A program made the translations under genes and the position numbers. From Gemmatimonadota bacterium (lineage in GTDB: Bacteria; Gemmatimonadota; Gemmatimonadetes; Longimicrobiales; Gaopeijiaceae), in the NCBI GenBank assembly GCA_039030015.1, contig JBCCEZ010000014.1, positions 15,119 through 79,118 of the forward strand: a DNA stretch of 64,000 bases, in the 5' to 3' direction. This document shows, piece after piece, positions 62,116-64,000 of this stretch. The notes beneath the pieces were generated by a model. That model was not told where the DNA came from and ran no database searches. It worked only from the letters and a program-made list of their open reading frames with translations. The first letter of the stretch is position 1. Each line of letters opens with the position of its first letter.

Positions 62116-63857
62116 CCGTACCGCTCGAGCCAGAGGGCCAGACCGACGAGCAGCTTAGGGCCCTGGTGTGCCGCGAAGTCCACCCGCGTCAGAGGGCCAC
62201 CCGGCGGGGGCAGGTAGGCGTCGAGGGCGGCGGGTTCGACGACGTCGTGGAGTCTCGTCCGCAGCGGCTCGGCCCGCTCACGGAGTGCGGACCACCCGGG
62301 ATTGAAGAAGTCGGTGTTCCGCCACACGAAGCGCCGATCTCCCCGCCACGCGACCGGACCAGGGCGCCTCGCTCGTCCGAAGAGCCGGTCGCGCATCTGG
62401 TCGACCATCGACGGCGTCAGTGGGGTACCGGGTGACGCGTTCTCGACCGTGTGGGCGATCGTGGCCATATCCGGGTAGTAGCGTCGGAGCATACGATCTT
62501 GGCCCTGACGCGCCCCGAAGTGCCGACTGTCCAGCTGCGCAGCCACCCGGATCAACGCGCGGTCGAGCACCGGTACGATCGGCCACGTGTATCGGGAGAT
62601 CGGTTGGAGCACCATGCCGACCTGGAAGCGGACGAAGTGGTCGAGTACCCACCGCCACACCCGGTGGACGGTGGGTAGTGCCAGGTAGGCGTGGTGCATC
62701 GTCTCGTCGGCCCACGCGACGCCCTCGCCGACGGCGGGATCCTTCAGGCTCTCGAGTACTCCGTCCGACACGCCGAACCGACGCTCGAACGGGCGGGCGA
62801 ATTCCCACGGGATGTCCATCCCGAACTCCGACACACCGGTCGGCCGGAGCATACCCCCGACGATTACGTCGTGGACGTGGCCCGTAACGGACCGTTCGGG
62901 GAGTTCGTCGAGCGCCGTCCCTGCGCCGCGCCACCAGCACTGTGAGGCGCCCGTCCCGAAGTGATCGAGCTCCAGATGGCGATCCATCCCGGCGACGAAG
63001 GCGTCCTCCGGGAGCGGCGCGATGCTGTGCCGCTGTTCGAGCCGCTCGGCCACGCGCGCCGCGAGGGTGGCGTCGTGGTCGGCAGGCTGCCCCACCGTGC
63101 GTGCATGAACCGTTCGCCCGAGTTGGGCGAGTCGGCCTGCCAAGGTGCGCGAATCCCGTCCTCCGGTGAGGAGCAGCCCAACCTCCCCCGATGGGGGAAG
63201 CTGCGCATCAAGCGCCTGGGTGAAGGCTTCGTGGAGCAATGCGTCCTGCTCCTCGACGGGCTTCGACGCCAGGACTTCCTCGGCAGGCCACACGAAGACC
63301 GACTCCTCGCGGGCCTCCGTCGGCGTCAGCACGAGCGCGTGTCCCGAGCGCACCCGTCGAACGCCGGGGATGATCAGACGGCCGCCGACCGGGCCGTGGA
63401 ACTCCAGCAGGCCCGCGAGGCCCTGTGGGTCGAGCGACCCGTCGACTCCGAGGGGGATCGAGGACGCGTAGAGGGGAGACCCCGTGCCTCGGTACACCGG
63501 GAAGAGGCCGAGCACGTCGCTCAGGACGACGGCCCGTTCGCCATCGCAGACGATCGCGAGGAAGTACCCGTCGAGCGCCCACGATTCGGGGTCGGTCGAG
63601 GCGAGGACACGTCGGGCAACGGCCTCCGCGTCCAAGCTTCCTCGGGCACCGTCGACGGCGTCGCCGATCACGAGTGCCCCCGCGTCACCCTCCTGCCACG
63701 TCGACCGTGGGGCTCGTGCGCCGACCGACCAGTGGACATCCCACGGGCCGACGGGGAGGCGGCCGGTCGACAGCTCCGACCCGGTAGCGAGACCCGTCCA
63801 TTCGGCCTCTAGGATGGTCCCGGCTGCCCCACGCTCGGTGAGGAGGAAGTTCGCCAC
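62112..63857 (-). CDS. Asparagine-synthetase-B-like PP-loop protein lacking the N-terminal catalytic Cys
   Basis: LLLTGGRDSRTL is a PP-loop variant and the overall AsnB-like length is 581 aa. The N-terminus is VANFLL rather than MCG. The GTG start is preceded by GGAG with a 10-nt spacer, and a stop codon lies immediately upstream, so no longer N-terminus is possible. Confidence 0.85.
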   Translation of the reverse strand: MANFLLTERGAAGTILEAEWTGLATGSELSTGRLPVGPWDVHWSVGARAPRSTWQEGDAGALVIGDAVDGARGSLDAEAVARRVLASTDPESWALDGYFLAIVCDGERAVVLSDVLGLFPVYRGTGSPLYASSIPLGVDGSLDPQGLAGLLEFHGPVGGRLIIPGVRRVRSGHALVLTPTEAREESVFVWPAEEVLASKPVEEQDALLHEAFTQALDAQLPPSGEVGLLLTGGRDSRTLAGRLAQLGRTVHARTVGQPADHDATLAARVAERLEQRHSIAPLPEDAFVAGMDRHLELDHFGTGASQCWWRGAGTALDELPERSVTGHVHDVIVGGMLRPTGVSEFGMDIPWEFARPFERRFGVSDGVLESLKDPAVGEGVAWADETMHHAYLALPTVHRVWRWVLDHFVRFQVGMVLQPISRYTWPIVPVLDRALIRVAAQLDSRHFGARQGQDRMLRRYYPDMATIAHTVENASPGTPLTPSMVDQMRDRLFGRARRPGPVAWRGDRRFVWRNTDFFNPGWSALRERAEPLRTRLHDVVEPAALDAYLPPPGGPLTRVDFAAHQGPKLLVGLALWLERYG

Positions 63858-63929
63858 TCAAGGACTCCGATACGTATCGAAGTGCCGCCCACCGGTTGCG
63901 TCGGTTTCAGCTTGAACCGAATATTTCAT
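63858..63929 (-). CDS. 23-codon ORF abutting the asnB-like start (speculative small peptide)
   Basis: My own translation is MKYSVQAETDATGGRHFDTYRSP. Its TGA is immediately followed by the GTG of the asnB-like gene. GGGGGGA lies 5 nt upstream of the ATG. Its codons are AT-rich and atypical for this genome. It may simply be 5' UTR. Confidence 0.2.
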   Translation of the reverse strand: MKYSVQAETDATGGRHFDTYRSP

Positions 63930-64000
63930 CTCGGTCCCCCCTGATTCAGGAGTACGATCATGTATCAAGGACCTGGTGGCGGCCCTTCGTTCTAGGCTGC

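Noticed and set aside
63960-63995. An 11-codon plus-strand ORF (MYQGPGGGPSF) at the right edge.
   Set aside because: It is too short, has no ribosome-binding site that I can see, and sits in a likely promoter region. No evidence supports it.
1-64000. A search for tRNA, rRNA, tmRNA, CRISPR repeats, IS elements, integrases and phage genes.
   Set aside because: The few GGTTCGA-like strings, for example at about 8-14 and 4092-4098, lie inside coding regions and lack complementary T-arm and acceptor stems. No regularly spaced direct repeats were seen. I did not recognise any transposase (DDE), integrase or capsid/terminase-like protein in any frame.

Overview
This is a high-GC bacterial chromosomal segment, judged by eye at roughly two-thirds G+C; I could not compute it. 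It is very densely packed. About 48 of the several hundred listed ORFs look like real genes. The rest are typical high-GC shadow ORFs, rich in Arg/Pro/Ser/Gly and antisense or out of frame to a gene with clear family motifs. I saw no rRNA, tRNA, CRISPR array, transposase, integrase or prophage gene.

The gene content suggests a Gemmatimonadota- or Acidobacteriota-like environmental organism. The relevant genes are a PadR regulator coupled to an ADOP-type duplicated permease, a second orphan ADOP permease, two large Sortilin/BNR proteins, a TAT-exported Gfo/Idh/MocA enzyme with two DUF1080 proteins, and HemQ/ChdC. This placement is inference, not proof.

Many adjacent genes are joined by 4-nt start/stop overlaps (ATGA, GTGA, TTGA). 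I used these overlaps to re-assign several start codons relative to the ORF track.

The most interesting locus is 35842-41599. A cobalamin-riboswitch-like leader precedes a three-gene operon:
- a roughly 1500-aa CobN/Mg-chelatase-family protein that appears to be exported, with a lipoprotein signal and a C-terminal TM anchor;
- a MotA/TolQ/ExbB-type proton channel;
- a small ExbD-like (DUF2149-like) protein.
There is no AAA+ chelatase partner, TonB or TonB-dependent receptor nearby.

Other notable items:
- a class A beta-lactamase carrying the Cys69/Cys238 pair;
- an exported serine-hydrolase/VanX-dipeptidase fusion;
- a membrane-tethered SARP regulator with FGE-sulfatase and hydrolase domains;
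- a 13-kb glycan cluster (50266-63857) with two PP-loop enzymes, one of which is a Cys-less AsnB-like protein preceded by a 23-codon ORF.

All family assignments come from motif recognition by eye and need HMM or structure confirmation.
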